NCBI RefSeq assembly: GCF_002113885.1 | Contig: NW_018408592.1 | Location: 454,657 to 518,656, forward strand | Reading direction: 5' to 3' | Length of the DNA stretch: 64,000 nt | Source: Mizuhopecten yessoensis | Lineage: Eukaryota | Shown here: positions 10,060 to 42,192 of the stretch, one piece after another | How positions within the stretch are numbered: the first letter of the stretch is position 1 | How the letters are laid out: every line of letters starts with the position of its first letter | Notes under the pieces: generated by a model | The model's database searches: none | What the model was told of the DNA's origin: nothing | What the model saw: the letters and a program-made list of their open reading frames with translations, nothing else | Made by a program: the position numbers and the translations under genes

Positions 10060-12678
10060 TTAGAGACAAAGTAAGACGTTAAATAAAACTCAGGTACAGA
10101 AAGGGACAGAGTAAGACGTAAAATAAAACTCGGGTACAGATAGGGACAGAGAAAGACGTAAGAGAAATCTCGGGTACAGATAGGGACAGAGTAATACGTA
10201 AGATAAAACTCGGGAACAGTTAGGGACAGAGTAATACGAAAGATAAAACTAGGGTACAGACAGAGACATAGTAAGACGTAAGATAAAACGCTGGTACAGA
10301 TAGGGACAGAGTAAGACGTTAGATAAAACGCGGGTACAGATAGAGACAGAGAAAGACGTAAGATAACAATCGGATACCGATAGAGACATAGTAAGACGTA
10401 AGATAAAACGAGGGTACAGATAGAGACAGAGGAAGACGTAAGATAAAAATCGGATTCAGATAGAGACATAGTAAGACGTAAGATAAAACTAGGGTACAGA
10501 TAGAGACAGAGTAAGACGTAGGATAAAACGCGGGTACAGATAGGGACAGAGAGATCCGTAAGAGAAATCTCGGGTACAGATAGGGACAGGGAAAGACGTA
10601 AGAGAAATCTCGGGTACAGATAGGGACAGAGAAAGACGTAAGAGAAATCTCGGGTACAGATAGGGACAGGGAAAGACGTAAGAGAAATCTCGGGTACAGA
10701 TAGGGACTGAGTAATACGTAAGATAAAACTCGGATACAGATAGAGACAGAGTAATTCGTAAGATAAAACTCGGGTACAGTTAGAGACAGAGTAATACGTA
10801 AGAGAAAACTCGGGTACAGATAAGGACAGAGTAATACGTAAGATAAGACTCGGGTACAGTTAGGGACAGAGTAATACGAAAGATAAAACTAGGGTACAGA
10901 CAGAGACATAGTAAGATAACACTCAGGTACAGATAGAGACAAAGAAAGACGTAAGATAAAAATCGGGTTCAGATAGAGACATAGGAAGACGTAAGATAAA
11001 ACTAGGGTGCAGATAGAGACATAATAAGACGTAAGATAAAACTCGGGAACAGATACCGACAGAGACATAGTAAGATAACACTCAGGTACAGATAGAGACA
11101 GAGTATGACGTAAGATAAAACGCGGGTACCGATAGGGACAGAGTAAGACGTAAGAGAAATCTCGGGTACAGATAGGGACTGAGTAATACGTAAGATAAAA
11201 CTCGGGAACAGTTAGGGACAGAGTAATACGTAAGATAACACTCGGGTACAGATAAGGACAGAGTAATACGTAAGATAAAATTAGGGTCCAGATAGAGACA
11301 GAGTAATACTTAAGATAAAGCTCTGGTATAGTTAGGGACAGAGTAATACGTAAGATAAAACCCGCGTACAGTTAGGGACAGAGTAATACGAAAGATAAAA
11401 CTAGGGTACAGACAGAGACATAGTAAGACGTAAGATAAAACGCGGGGACAGATAGAGACAGAGAAAGACGTAAGATAACAAGCGGATACAGATAGAGACA
11501 TAGTACGACGTAAGATAAAACTCGGGTACAGATAGAGACATAGTAAGACGTAAGATAAAACGCGGGTACAGATAGAGACAGAGTAACGTAAGATAAAACT
11601 CAGGTACAGATAGAGACAAAGTAAGACGTAAGATAAAACGCGGGTACAGATAGGGACAGAGTAAGACGTAAGATAAAACTAGAGACAGATAGAGACAGAG
11701 TAAGACGTAAGATAAAACGCGGGTACAGATAGAGACAGAGTAAGACGTAGGATAAAACGCGGGTACAGATAGGGACAGACTAAGACGTAAGATAAAACTA
11801 GAGACAGATAGAGACAGAGTAAGACGTAAGAAAGACGTACGATAAAAATCGGGTTCAGATAGAGACATAGTAAGACGTAAGATAAAACGCGGGTACAGAT
11901 AGGGACTGAGTAAGACGTAAGGTAAAACTAGGTTACAGATAGAGACAGAGTAAGACGTAAGATAACACGCGGGTACAGATAGGGACAGAGTAAGACGTAA
12001 GAAAAAACTAGAGACAGATAGAGACAGAGTAAGACGTAAGTTAAAACGCGGGTATAGATAGGGACAAAGTGAGACGTAAGATAAAACGCCGGTACAGATA
12101 GGGACTGAGTAAGACGTAAGGTAAAACTAGGTTACAGATAGAGACAGAGTAAGACGTAGGATAAAACGCGGGTACAGATAGGGACAGAGTTAGACGTAAG
12201 ATAAAACGCGGGTACAGATAGAGACAGAGTAACGTAAGAGAAAACTCAGGTACAGATAGAGACAAAGTAAGACGTAAGAAAAAACGCGGGTACAGATAGG
12301 GACAGAGTTAGACGTAAGATAAAACGCGGGTACAGATAGAGACAGAGTAACGTAAGATAAAACTCAGGTACAGATAGAGAAAAAGTAAGACGTAAGATAA
12401 AACGCGGGTACAGATAGGGGCAGAGTTAGACGTAAGATAAAACGCGGGTACAGATAGGGACTGAGTAAGACGTAAGGTAAAACTAGGTTACAGATAGAGA
12501 CAGAGAAAGACGTAAGATAGCAATCGGGAACAGATAGAGACATAGTAAGACGTAAGATAAAACGCGGGTATAGATAGGGACAAAGTTAGACGTAAGATAA
12601 AACGCCGGTACAGATAGGGACTGAGTAAGACGTAAGGTAAAACTAGGTTACAGATAGAGACAGAGTAAGACGTAAGAG
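10060..12678. repeat. ~40-bp satellite array (~2.6 kb)
   Basis: Unit gtaagacgtaagataaaacgcgggtacagatagagacaga, about 65 copies with deletion variants. Confidence 0.97.
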
Positions 12679-12764
12679 ATAAGCATCACACCAACAAGGA
12701 ATAACGACCAGCTATCCACTCGGCACGAACGAAAAACGATATGTCCCAGCTTTATAAAGTAGTT

Positions 12765-13070
12765 TCCGGAAGGCAATGGTTCTGTCACCCGGCCGGGACA
12801 TACCAAAGTCCTTAAAAATGGTAGTTGTTATTCTCTGCTTAACGTTCAGCATTTAGGGTAATGGCAACAACTGGTTCACCCGTTGTCAGTATAATGTGAC
12901 TAGGCGGAACGCTGTGCTGGGTGCCTTCGGCATGGTATTTCAGTGAGGTAGCACTATAAAGTTGGCATCAGATACACGAACATACCTTATATCCAGCATA
13001 CACACACATACACGCTAAAACAACACACAATGTGACTATAGTTGTTAATGGGAAGTTAAACAAAATAAAG
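12765..13070 (+). mobile_element. tRNA-derived SINE (same family as 8520-8840)
   Basis: ggttctgtcacccggccgggacataccaaagtccttaaaaatggtagttg...gtcagtataatgtgac...cttcggcatggtatttcagtgaggtagcactataaag. Confidence 0.7.
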
Positions 13071-14119
13071 CCAAATTATCTTTTAATTGACTTTAAGAGT
13101 AGACCGACCCGCTTGTTGCTATATATGTCAGTATTGTGGCAAGACTGACGTAGGCTGTCAGATTTAGTGGACGAATTGTCTCAGTTTGTTGTACACTTCG
13201 CTATTTCGTCGCTCTTCCTCCTAATGCTTATTTTCCATACGCTTACTAGATTTGGTAGTATATTCATTTTGCAGATATAGATATTTACCATATTAATATG
13301 ATTTTTAGGTATTTCGAAGGGCTCTTCTTCGTATTTCACTTCATCATCCCTGGGCGAATCGTTATCTTCATGATTGTCAAAGCCTCCCACCAACACTGAT
13401 GATTAAATTTTAATTAAATTGCGTGGTTTTTTTTTAAATACAGGTTGTCAGTATATCTTTAATAATATTATCATGCTCGTATTGATTCAAAAGCTGCTGA
13501 AGAAAAAAACCGACTAGGAATTGTTCACCTATAATGATAATTTGACGATAAAATATTTACCACGCGCTGGCACTATATAGTAATTTCGCCATTCGCTGGT
13601 TCTTTATTCCACTAATATTTATCGAAAGTTCAGAATTTCGTTTTGCTGCAAAAATTACCTTAATGTCATCTAATGTGTGAGTTATCAGATAATTAAAATC
13701 ACTACATGTCATTAATCCTTTAATAAGTATATAATCCCATATGATAAATAGTGGTTTTATCCATTCTAGCAGATAATCTGACCATCTCATAAAAACTTAT
13801 CTTAATTATACTCTTTATCTTAAATTTGTGTTTTGTGATATGTCGAACAATTTGCATCAGATTGTATCACTTCTTTTTTAGGATGCTTTATTTTTGCATC
13901 ATCGTTTACGATTTGATCGAAAGAAAGCCCCTTTCACGTTCATGGAGGACATGCAAATGTTTATGTTAAGGCTCGCCTGAAAGCAGCATCAGATTTTTAG
14001 GTTTGACCTTATTTCATAAACGCACAACCCGGGTCCAACCGGTTCAACTGTCACGATAAACGAATGCGGACCAATAATATGCAATATTATGCTTTTCCCT
14101 TTACACAGCGTGCTTTTCC

Positions 14120-14173
14120 GGGGTTAACTCGCGCATGCGTAATCGTACATCCTTTTGTCCTGAGTATTCCAAC

Positions 14174-14180
<7 letters not shown>
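14120..14180 (+). promoter_or_regulatory. Putative housekeeping promoter of the KDM7/PHF8 gene (NRF1-like and YY1-like motifs)
   Basis: CGCGCATGCGT at ~14130-14140 and AACATGGCG overlapping the ATG; locally CpG-rich. Confidence 0.5.
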
Positions 14181-33234
<19,054 letters not shown>

Positions 33235-35279
33235 CAACACACAGGTTTCAATAGTATTATTGCTATACAGCCACAGTACTGCCAATCAGGGACTATGCCA
33301 AAGTTTCATATTGTTTGTCTTATTTTTTTTAATTTTATAAAAAAAAGAAAAGACAAAAAGGCCACGTCAACAACATCAGAGAAAGGCATCCAAATGTTAT
33401 CACTACATGCATGATTTTTATTTATTGAAGTATTTGAAAACCATGAATGCCTTTTTACTTCAATTTCATTTACATAATCATTGGAAAGAAAGTGTGAATG
33501 CTTGGTAAGATTTTAATATTAACAAGGGGTTAAGAAATAAAAATAACAACTTTAAATTATGTTGCGCAAGTGCTATTACCGAGGGAGTTTTCAGCTGTAG
33601 TCGTTTTCAATATTATTTCTGGATCACTTCAACATGTGGCTTTTGTACGAATAAATTTGGTAGGTCATTCATTCTCTTATACAGATTTATTTAGAGTTTA
33701 TGTTTAAATGCAAATCTAGTCTTTTTTAAATGACAAATATGTACCTAATTATACCTCATATTTATGTTTAAAGATTATGTTACGTCAATACAAATCTGAC
33801 TTTGAAATTAATTTGTAAAGTTATTTATCTGTCAAATGCATTAGTAATATTGAAAAACCACTAAAAGGTTGAACTTGAAATATGTGCATTGGTTGATGAA
33901 AAATTTCCAATTATCAGTGCAGAAAAGATTTCAGGTAAAATAGTCACAATAAGAAAGACGTTTTCTCTGATGATCTCAAATAATGACAAGTGATCTCATC
34001 TAACTAGTATGGCTTTGGAATGGTAGCTGAGCCTATTTAGTTGCAGACAAAGATATTTTTATTTAGTAAATATGTTCTATTGCTGATGAACTTTGTTAAC
34101 TTTGCTTCAGTTATTTTCAGTTCAACAAATTTTGTTGATACAAATTGTACAAATGGAGAAGTTCCTGGGCAAGTCTGTATAAATTAAATTCTTTCCCTGG
34201 GTGGTCATGAAGATGATTGAAAACGTTGTGAAAATAAACAATCGAAACATTTACAATTTACAAAACGTTTTCAGTAGGAGGTGATAAAAATTTAAGAGCT
34301 TGACATTTTAAGATCTATGTATTGTGTATACATATTATTATAAGGGCTATTCCAGAAGCAAGTATATACTTTGGGGGTTCGACGGGCAGGTAGTCACTTA
34401 CAATTGATAATGTGATATTGATATTGTATATTTTATAGTCACAAATTTTATGTTAGGTACAAGTGTAAAAGAAAGTGTACGACTCATTGTAATACATGTA
34501 TCCCATTTTTTATGAGAAGTAAAAACACTTTGATATCCCAACTCACCTCCATTTAATACCGGGATCTACTTGTATATCTCATTCCTTAACTGTGATAATG
34601 CAGCATGTCACAGCATGGTTTGACATTACTTTTAAGCAATAAAATCTATTAGAACACGTATATGTTTCTGCTAGATTACACGTCATTGAGAAATTACAGT
34701 CAAACTGTTATTTCAGACTAGGAAAATACAAATACATTTATCATCAAATTATTTCCTCATTACTTTTTTCTTAGGCATCCTTTCCGCTTCTTTTTTAAGT
34801 TGAAATCAATACATATTTGTATGTTTGTAAGTTCAAAATCATAATTTGCTGTCAAAAATTACAAGAAAGCTGTTTCCTTTGCACCAACACAGGACTTCAG
34901 ATTTATGAAAAAGTTTATTAATCCTATTGATAAAATAAAGTTAATATGTTGATGAAACTGTTATTAAGATATACCAGGTAACTGCTATTTTATGACAGTT
35001 GACTGGAAAATAACATCTCAGCTGAGTACCTAGGTAATCCCCAACGCACGTTTTTGTCCAGTCCTTTCTGGTCCTTTCTGAAGTTTGACTGTTTTAATTT
35101 GTTTCACTACAGAAGATTTTGATAGATACACTCATCATGCAAAGCAGTAATGTAGGACTGGAAATGATAAATATAGGACTAAATGCAAATTTTCCAGGAG
35201 TATGTTCTTTAATTGTGTTTTTTGATTCATGAAGATCATACATTGTGTTAAGAGATTGTATGTATGCATCATCTTAAAT

Positions 35280-35351
35280 CATTCTCGATATCCAGGGGTT
35301 ACGCTCACCTACATACCGGTAGGAGAGCGTAATCCAGGGCTTTCTAGGATG
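35280..35351. mobile_element. 72-bp mini-MITE of the CATCCTCGATATCCAGGGG (Mutator-like) family
   Basis: TIR-only hairpin; flanks catcttaaat / catcttacat form a TSD with one mismatch. Confidence 0.7.
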
Positions 35352-36172
35352 CATCTTACATGTGATTGATGTATTTGTGTATGGGAGGACCATGCATATT
35401 GAACATGTATTTGGTGTACGGGAATACCATATGTTGATTGCTCACACTATATATTGTATAGAGTCTAAATGAAAGGCAGCAGTGACAGTTAATGTCACGC
35501 CATGCATTGTTTGACACAGTGTATGTTGTAGCACTGTAAGAAAAAATTGTATATAAACTTGTAATTAGATGACAAATTTGTATATTTTTCCTGCATCAAG
35601 ATAGTGTACAGATATAGTTCATTTTTAAAATGATTGTGTAAAATTTTGTCTTGATGTACAGGTGCAGTTCATTTGTATATATATTCATTGAATATTTCAT
35701 TACGTTTATGAAAATTAGTGTATGCATTAATTTCCATATCGAGTACATATATTTCATATATAAAATAGGGGATTTCAGTGTACACCCACGTTAATATTTA
35801 TAATGAAATGGTTGTTTAACTGCCATACACAAAGTGAAATGCTAAAGGTACAGTAAGGGAAACTAATTTGATATTATTTCCAATAATTTTAAAGAATTTG
35901 TATTCATCCAGAGTTAAAAGAAAATCAGTTTTATTTAAAAAATAAAAATAGAACAATAAAAGTAGAGATTGTACTAGTACCATCACAGTTTTATAGTGAC
36001 AACACTTTTAAAGGTTGTCTTTCCTTTCTCTAGCTAAACAAGTCATTATGATCATAAAATAAAGACAATAGTATGCCAGTCATGTGATGATACCCCTAGT
36101 AGACAAACTGATAATCAGTCGTCTTTACAACCAAACAAATTCTGCCAGACTAACTCTCGTTAAAAAGAGATG

Positions 36173-36306
36173 AACAGCATAGTAGATAAACACTGCCTTA
36201 CTTTTCACAGCATGGTAGATAAACACTGCCTTACTGTTCACAGCATAGTAGATAAACACTGCCTTACTGTTCACAGCATGGTAGATAAACACTGCCTTAC
36301 TGTTCA
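36173..36306. repeat. 33-bp minisatellite, 4 copies
   Basis: acagcatagtagataaacactgccttactgttc. Confidence 0.9.
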
Positions 36307-36712
36307 ATGATCATCTCAAAGGAGAATATCTCAAGGAATAAAGTGGCTATTAAAAACAATTTTTTTGAAGGAATTATTTCCTAAAATGAATTGAGAACTA
36401 CAATATATTTGATTTCTGAAAAGACAGTTATCTATGAACTTAACAAATATTAAGAAAATTAAAAATTATTTCTTAAAATAAATATTAGAACTACAAGATA
36501 TTTGATTTCTGAAAAAAAAGAGTAATTTTAATGCAAAAGACTTAATCAATTGTAAAATATTTATGAATATTCATTGTAGCATGTAATTTACACTGTAGAA
36601 GGTTCAAAGACTAACAAAATATTTATGATAATCCTATTCAGTATGTTCTTAGATATGTCAACTTGGAACAAACAACGCTTTGAATTAAATCTGCGATTCC
36701 ACAATTCAAAGT

Positions 36713-37349
36713 TTTTAGCTCACCTTGCCCGAAGGGCCATGTGAGCTTATGCCGTACTGCGCCGTCCGTCGGCCGTCCGTCCATCAACTTTTTCTTTTAA
36801 ACGACTTCTTCTGAAGAAGGGATGGAGTGCTATAAAGTTTCCTCATTAAAATGACCTTGACCAACTTTCAAGGTCACAGAGGTCAAATATGTTAAAAACT
36901 TCAAACAATTATATCCCAAGAACCATTTGGACTAGAGTCACAATACTTGAGTATGTTATGTAGACCAGCAGTGTGAATCTTTTTCTTATCCACAGTAATG
37001 AGGTTTAAGGTCAACTTTTAAGTGCTAGTTGGGGGTCAAATGTCAACATGGGTTAAAAGCTTTAACAATCTTCTTAAGTTCCATAAGGCCTAGGGTCATA
37101 ATATTTTGTCAGTCGGTATCTGGGATAGACTGCTATAAACTCTCCTCATTAAAACGACCTTGATCTACTTTCAAGGTCACAGGGCTCAAATATGTTCAAA
37201 ACTTCAAACAACAATATCTTGAGAAGCGTTTAAGAGATGTTAAAATGACTTGTGTTCTAGTTACCAAATCAGGTCGGAAGTTACCTATATGTCAGTTTCA
37301 TGTAAAAAAAGAAACAGGTGAGCGATACAGGCCCTCTGGGCCTCTTGTT
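36713..37349 (+). mobile_element. HINE / pearl-like non-autonomous Helentron
   Basis: tttttagctcacc...gtgagct, ccgtccgtc microsatellite, duplicated core, caggtgagcgatacaggccctctgggcctcttgtt end. Confidence 0.8.
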
Positions 37350-37451
37350 AATAATTAACAACTTTTTGCAGCAAAGATTAGCTATGATGAGAGAGTTAGT
37401 GTTTATACTTGATAACTTAATGTTTAAAAAACCCACTATAAGTTAATATAT

Positions 37452-37536
37452 ACTAGTAGCCATAAAAAGTGACCAGTAATATATACCAGTAGCCATAAAA
37501 AGTGACCAGTAATATTTACCAGTAGCTATAAAAAGT
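37452..37536. repeat. ~32-bp tandem repeat, about 3 copies
   Basis: agtagccataaaaagtgaccagtaatatatacc. Confidence 0.8.
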
Positions 37537-39086
37537 TCCATTATCTATGCCTGAACAACAGACCACAGGTCTAAGTTGTTGAATGCCTACAGTTTAACTG
37601 TTTATACCGCTTGATTTGAGTTCACAGTTTTTGAGTTTGTGAATTAAATCCAAAATGATTATCACACCATCACTTTACTCAACTCACTTAATCATCCAAG
37701 AAAACTCAATATATTTTTTCAAAAAGTGTGATTTGAAAAAGTGACCTTGACACCTTAGGATAGAGGTTGAGAATAAAAGTGCTTTCCAAATGGAATTGTG
37801 AGAATATTTTTAAACCTTTTAGATCAGGTAGTAAATAACGTAATTTAAAACGGGAGAAAAACAACACTGCTTGTGTTAAAATAAGAATATAAATATCCAA
37901 CCATTCCAAGGAGATGTTGCAGGTTTTGGTTCACTTTTCTCTTGTAATGGAAATTGAAGAAATCTAGACAAAACAAAGTGGTAACCTGTACTAATTTTTT
38001 AAATATTTTTTATGCAATGTCTGCTATCAAAAGTACACTTCCATGAATATTGAAGTGTTTTTGGGCTGTCGTCTGTTTTAAAATCTACACATTGACTGAC
38101 TCTCCTGACATACTGCTGTAGTGATGGCAGCATCCTAGTGTCTTCCTGACTTTTTAGTTGTGTGGCACACAAGCTACTATTTCTCCTATTTCTTCCTTTC
38201 AATAATTCTCCAGTTTTCTTCTTCTGTCATATTGCTTTCATTCACCTTGTACAAACATGCTGTTGTACAAATTGTAGATATTATTTGGGTAAACCTTAAT
38301 AGATATAAAAGTTCTGTTTCGTTGATATTATATTTTTTTTCTTGAATATATTTATTCATAAACATTTGTTTTAAATTTTTAACAGAAAAAAATTGTTAAT
38401 GTCTCAAGTTACATGTATTTATTTATTGTTAAGGGTTGAAAACGCTGTTTACTTTGCTTATTGTTTGAGAATTTTTGTATTGTACAATATCACGTTAAGT
38501 TCTTACTGTACATAAAATGTATGTGTACATAATGTATAATGCAAAATATCAAAAATTGTATATACTGTATATATGACTACACAAATAAATCTAACAAAGG
38601 CAATCTATTACCTGCTTTGTGTTGTATCATGACTTACCCTCAGGGTATACGTTACTCATTTACTGCCTTTGCGATAGGGAAACACAAATCTTTGTTTTCC
38701 TGAGAAAAAGGAAATATGACCGGGAAAGTCGAGAGAACCAGGAACCACAGTATTCTATTTCCCCGTCATGTAATCAATATAATCCAATCGGACACTCTGT
38801 TATGTAATTGAGGTATAATGATACGATAATCAGTAAATTGTGTCTGTTATATTATCTTATTTAATTCCGTTACTTTACCTAATTATATTACCCTCAAGAG
38901 AACCACAAGCAGAGCATTATATATCTGTTATATCTGTGGAATTGATATAATTGGGAAATATATGTCCGTGCAAACTAGAACAATTTGCACCTCTATAGTT
39001 CAAGAAATGTATGTTATCAGCACTATCTTACCTATTTATATTTTGTATCTGCGGTCTGTCTTTTTCCTGGGGTACAAGTGGTTCTC

Positions 39087-39159
39087 CATCCTCGATATTC
39101 AGGGGTTACGCTCACTTAAGCTCTCTGTAGTGAGCGTAACCCCCTGTTTATCGAGGATA
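39087..39159. mobile_element. ~72-bp mini-MITE of the Mutator-like family
   Basis: catcctcgatattcaggggttacgctcac...gtgagcgtaaccccctgtttatcgaggat hairpin. Confidence 0.75.
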
Positions 39160-41671
39160 GTTGTGCTGAAAAACTTCAAGCTACCAGAAAGCCATGGGAA
39201 AAACTAAGTTGCCATCGTGAAAATTGACGCAGGATCCGGGTTATAAGACATGGGAATCTTCATAGATACGCGTTAGACAAATGTTAACATATGTAATTTA
39301 GCGGACGTCAACGTTTAGCGTATTCTCGAATTTCAACAGATACGCATATATTGATGAACTAGCGCAACAAAATAATTCTGAATTATTTAAGTGCATTATT
39401 GTTAAATAACGGAAAGTGCTGAAAATAGAATACCACCAAAATTTGGACGTTTACAGTAACTCTTACAAAAATTGACGCAGGATTCCGATCTCCGCAACAC
39501 ATACAAAACTTCATTAATGAAATCAGTGGGACAAGTTGCACTTACAAAAGAGTGTTAGAAAGGGGGAAATCTGACATGCGATGGGTAATTAAAATAGAGA
39601 GCTAATGAAAATAGAGAGTTTGTAATCGTTTCACTCTGTACGACCTTTTAACACGTTCGTCTCGGGTTGTACACATGCATGGTTCGGCGTTGCCCTACAT
39701 GTCTGTTAACTTTTAATTCCTGGGGTTACTCCTAAACCGTTGGAATGATTTTTAGAGAACTCCATCAGCATATAAAATGTTTTCTCGTACAATGATAAAA
39801 ATGAGATGGACTAAGTCGGGTGACGGGAGCTTTAAAAGTGTATTAAAACAAATGTGAGAAGTTCATATGAAGGTATCTTAATTTCTGAATTTGATTGCTC
39901 CAGAAGAATTATTACATCGTTCGCAAGTAGGACAGAAAACACAATATATCGTGACTCCGAATATAAAACAATACTTTTAGAAGGGGTTACAACAATAACG
40001 CATACCGTTAGATGTAGTGTAAATTCTGCCTGCCCGCAATATAAAATCCGCTATATATATATACAATCAATATTGCCCACGTTTTTGATATCTCTCGTTG
40101 ACTCACTTAATAGGTCCTCTACATCAGCGTTCCTTGTCCGCGATGCTCTCAGCGTAATTGCTGCCTTCGGCTGTCTTTAGCGGAGGGGACTATTGGTTTT
40201 ATAAAATAGCTATATTTTCAATTATAGTATATCAATTCTATCTTCTTGTAATATGATGTATATGTACATGTAACTGTTCTTTTTCACTGTGTCTTGAAAA
40301 TTTGACAACCTAAACTTGTCCACACTGTTGGAATTACTTCTTTGCCCCATATACAATCAATATTGATATATTTGTATTTCTTTCACAAATGTAAATTAGA
40401 CGATGCACTCATGATCCATTGCAAATTTTGTTTAAAGTTAAATTTCGGTAATATTGACAGATAATCAATTTTTTAATATTATAAAATCGAATTTCTGTTA
40501 AGAGAGGAGACGTTAATTCACTTATGATTTGAAGAAGTATAAGGGAGATAACCTTGTGACACACGGGTATCGGTAGCAGTGTCTGGGAATACAACGCTAC
40601 ATTGTACACGCAGAAGGTAGGAAAAGTAATTATGTTTACTTACACAAATCACGTATATACTATTGAAGACAGGCATAGCACCAAAGCTGTACCATAACTT
40701 CTTAGACTGCTGTCAAGATGCGTTCCCAGCGCTGTTGTTGTTTACAACTTCAGTGAAGTAGGTCATTGTGCTCAGCTGTAATCGGCCTTGGGCTTCTCCA
40801 GCATGTGGGCGTTTCTTAGTAGACCGTAAAACAATCTGATTTCGAACCAGATAAGGAAACAAAGTAATGCTGAACAATTGTTAAACAACTCCGTACAAAC
40901 GATTTAAAATCTTTATGAACAGGTGCATAGAAGGCTGATGCATATATGTCTATGAACTATAAATTGATAAGTCTTATATCAAGCCTGTGAATATATATAC
41001 GCACGCTAACTTTGTTTGATATTGTATATATAATCAGGCCGTGGTTCATATAAACCCATTCTCAAAAGAACCTCGTGACCGGCTCCGCTCCACCCGTTCA
41101 AAGCGATGAGGAATTTTCTATATGCATTTATACCTCATTTACTAAATTTCTGAAAAACAATATACATAATATTATAATCACTTATTGGAAATGCAGCTTT
41201 AATTTACAATATGAAAAGTAGATGTAATTTAAGTGTTATTATATTGTAAGGTAATTTTAGAATCACAACACCATCTTCGAAATTCTACGGGTTGCGCTCA
41301 AGATGGCCGTGCACGTACATGCTTTTGCTACTAAGTATAGACAAACATAAGAGAATGTTTGTCGTCCCATTTATGGCCACAAAGATATAACTTGACCCCT
41401 GTCCCTCTGTCGATAAATCCCTAACAAGTTCGACAATCACTGAGGTTGGCCGTGGCCCATAGATATTTGGATTAATTCTGGCACGGTTTTATTTTTAACA
41501 ATGTTGTAGCAAACTTTAAATACGCAACGTTTTCAAGGGACTTACAGACGCATTCCCCTTTTGCTGTATGACATATATACCTGTTACTGGATTGTGTTGT
41601 GTTTGTGATCGAGTCACGAATTCCTCTAGAAAATCAGAATAATCTAGTTTATCACAAACAACTATAATATA

Positions 41672-42011
41672 CGTAGCAGGAACGGGAAAATGCACGACCA
41701 GACCGGGGTTCGAACCCGGAACCCTACAAACTCTAGACGAACGCTCTACCAAGTTGGCTACCTGGTCGCCGACGATCGACCCAGTCCAGTACCGCTACAC
41801 TCCTCCTTCCTTTTTCTGAGTCTTCACCACCGAAGACACATCTATTTACAACCCCAGGTTCGGGTATCTCCTTGCGAAGCATTCACCTAGTACTTGAAAC
41901 AAGGGTTTATCACAGAAACCAAATGCAACGCACTGCCATACCGGGGTTCGAACCATGGACCCTCCGAACTCTAGACGGACGCTGACGGTCAACAAGTCCA
42001 GTTCCGCTACA
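41672..42011 (-). mobile_element. Non-autonomous mini LTR retrotransposon (TRIM) with tRNA-like LTRs, Helenus-like
   Basis: Two direct repeats starting TGTAGCGG on the minus strand (42011-41924 and 41799-41672). PBS-like TGGTTTCTGTG 2 nt after the 5' LTR. Polypurine tract GAAAAAGGAAGGAGGAG abuts the 3' LTR. B box in both LTRs; A box in the complete 3' LTR. Confidence 0.8.
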
Positions 42012-42192
42012 TAAACAGCTATTCATGTAAGTCCTCTTCCTGCCTCTTTTTTATTTCGGAAACACAACCATCAACAACAAATAAGAAAAATCAACATCTA
42101 TATATATACGACAGCTGTATTTGTACATATATTTCGGAACACGCTTGACATGGCTTTCACTCTTCAGACATTCAAATTAGTACCAATGGCGA

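Noticed and set aside
10038-12678. Repeat array as a CRISPR, or the Leu/Ser/Tyr-rich ORFs as genes
   Set aside because: Head-to-tail satellite with no unique spacers and no cas genes in a eukaryotic context. The ORFs are translations of the repeat.
37999-38202. 67-aa minus-strand ORF downstream of PHF8
   Set aside because: No recognisable domain or splice context. It probably lies antisense to a long PHF8 3' UTR (AATAAA near 38584), which itself is unverified.
41696-41768. Functional tRNA gene
   Set aside because: D and anticodon stems are mispaired, and the segment is embedded in an LTR-like repeat, so it is treated as part of the element.
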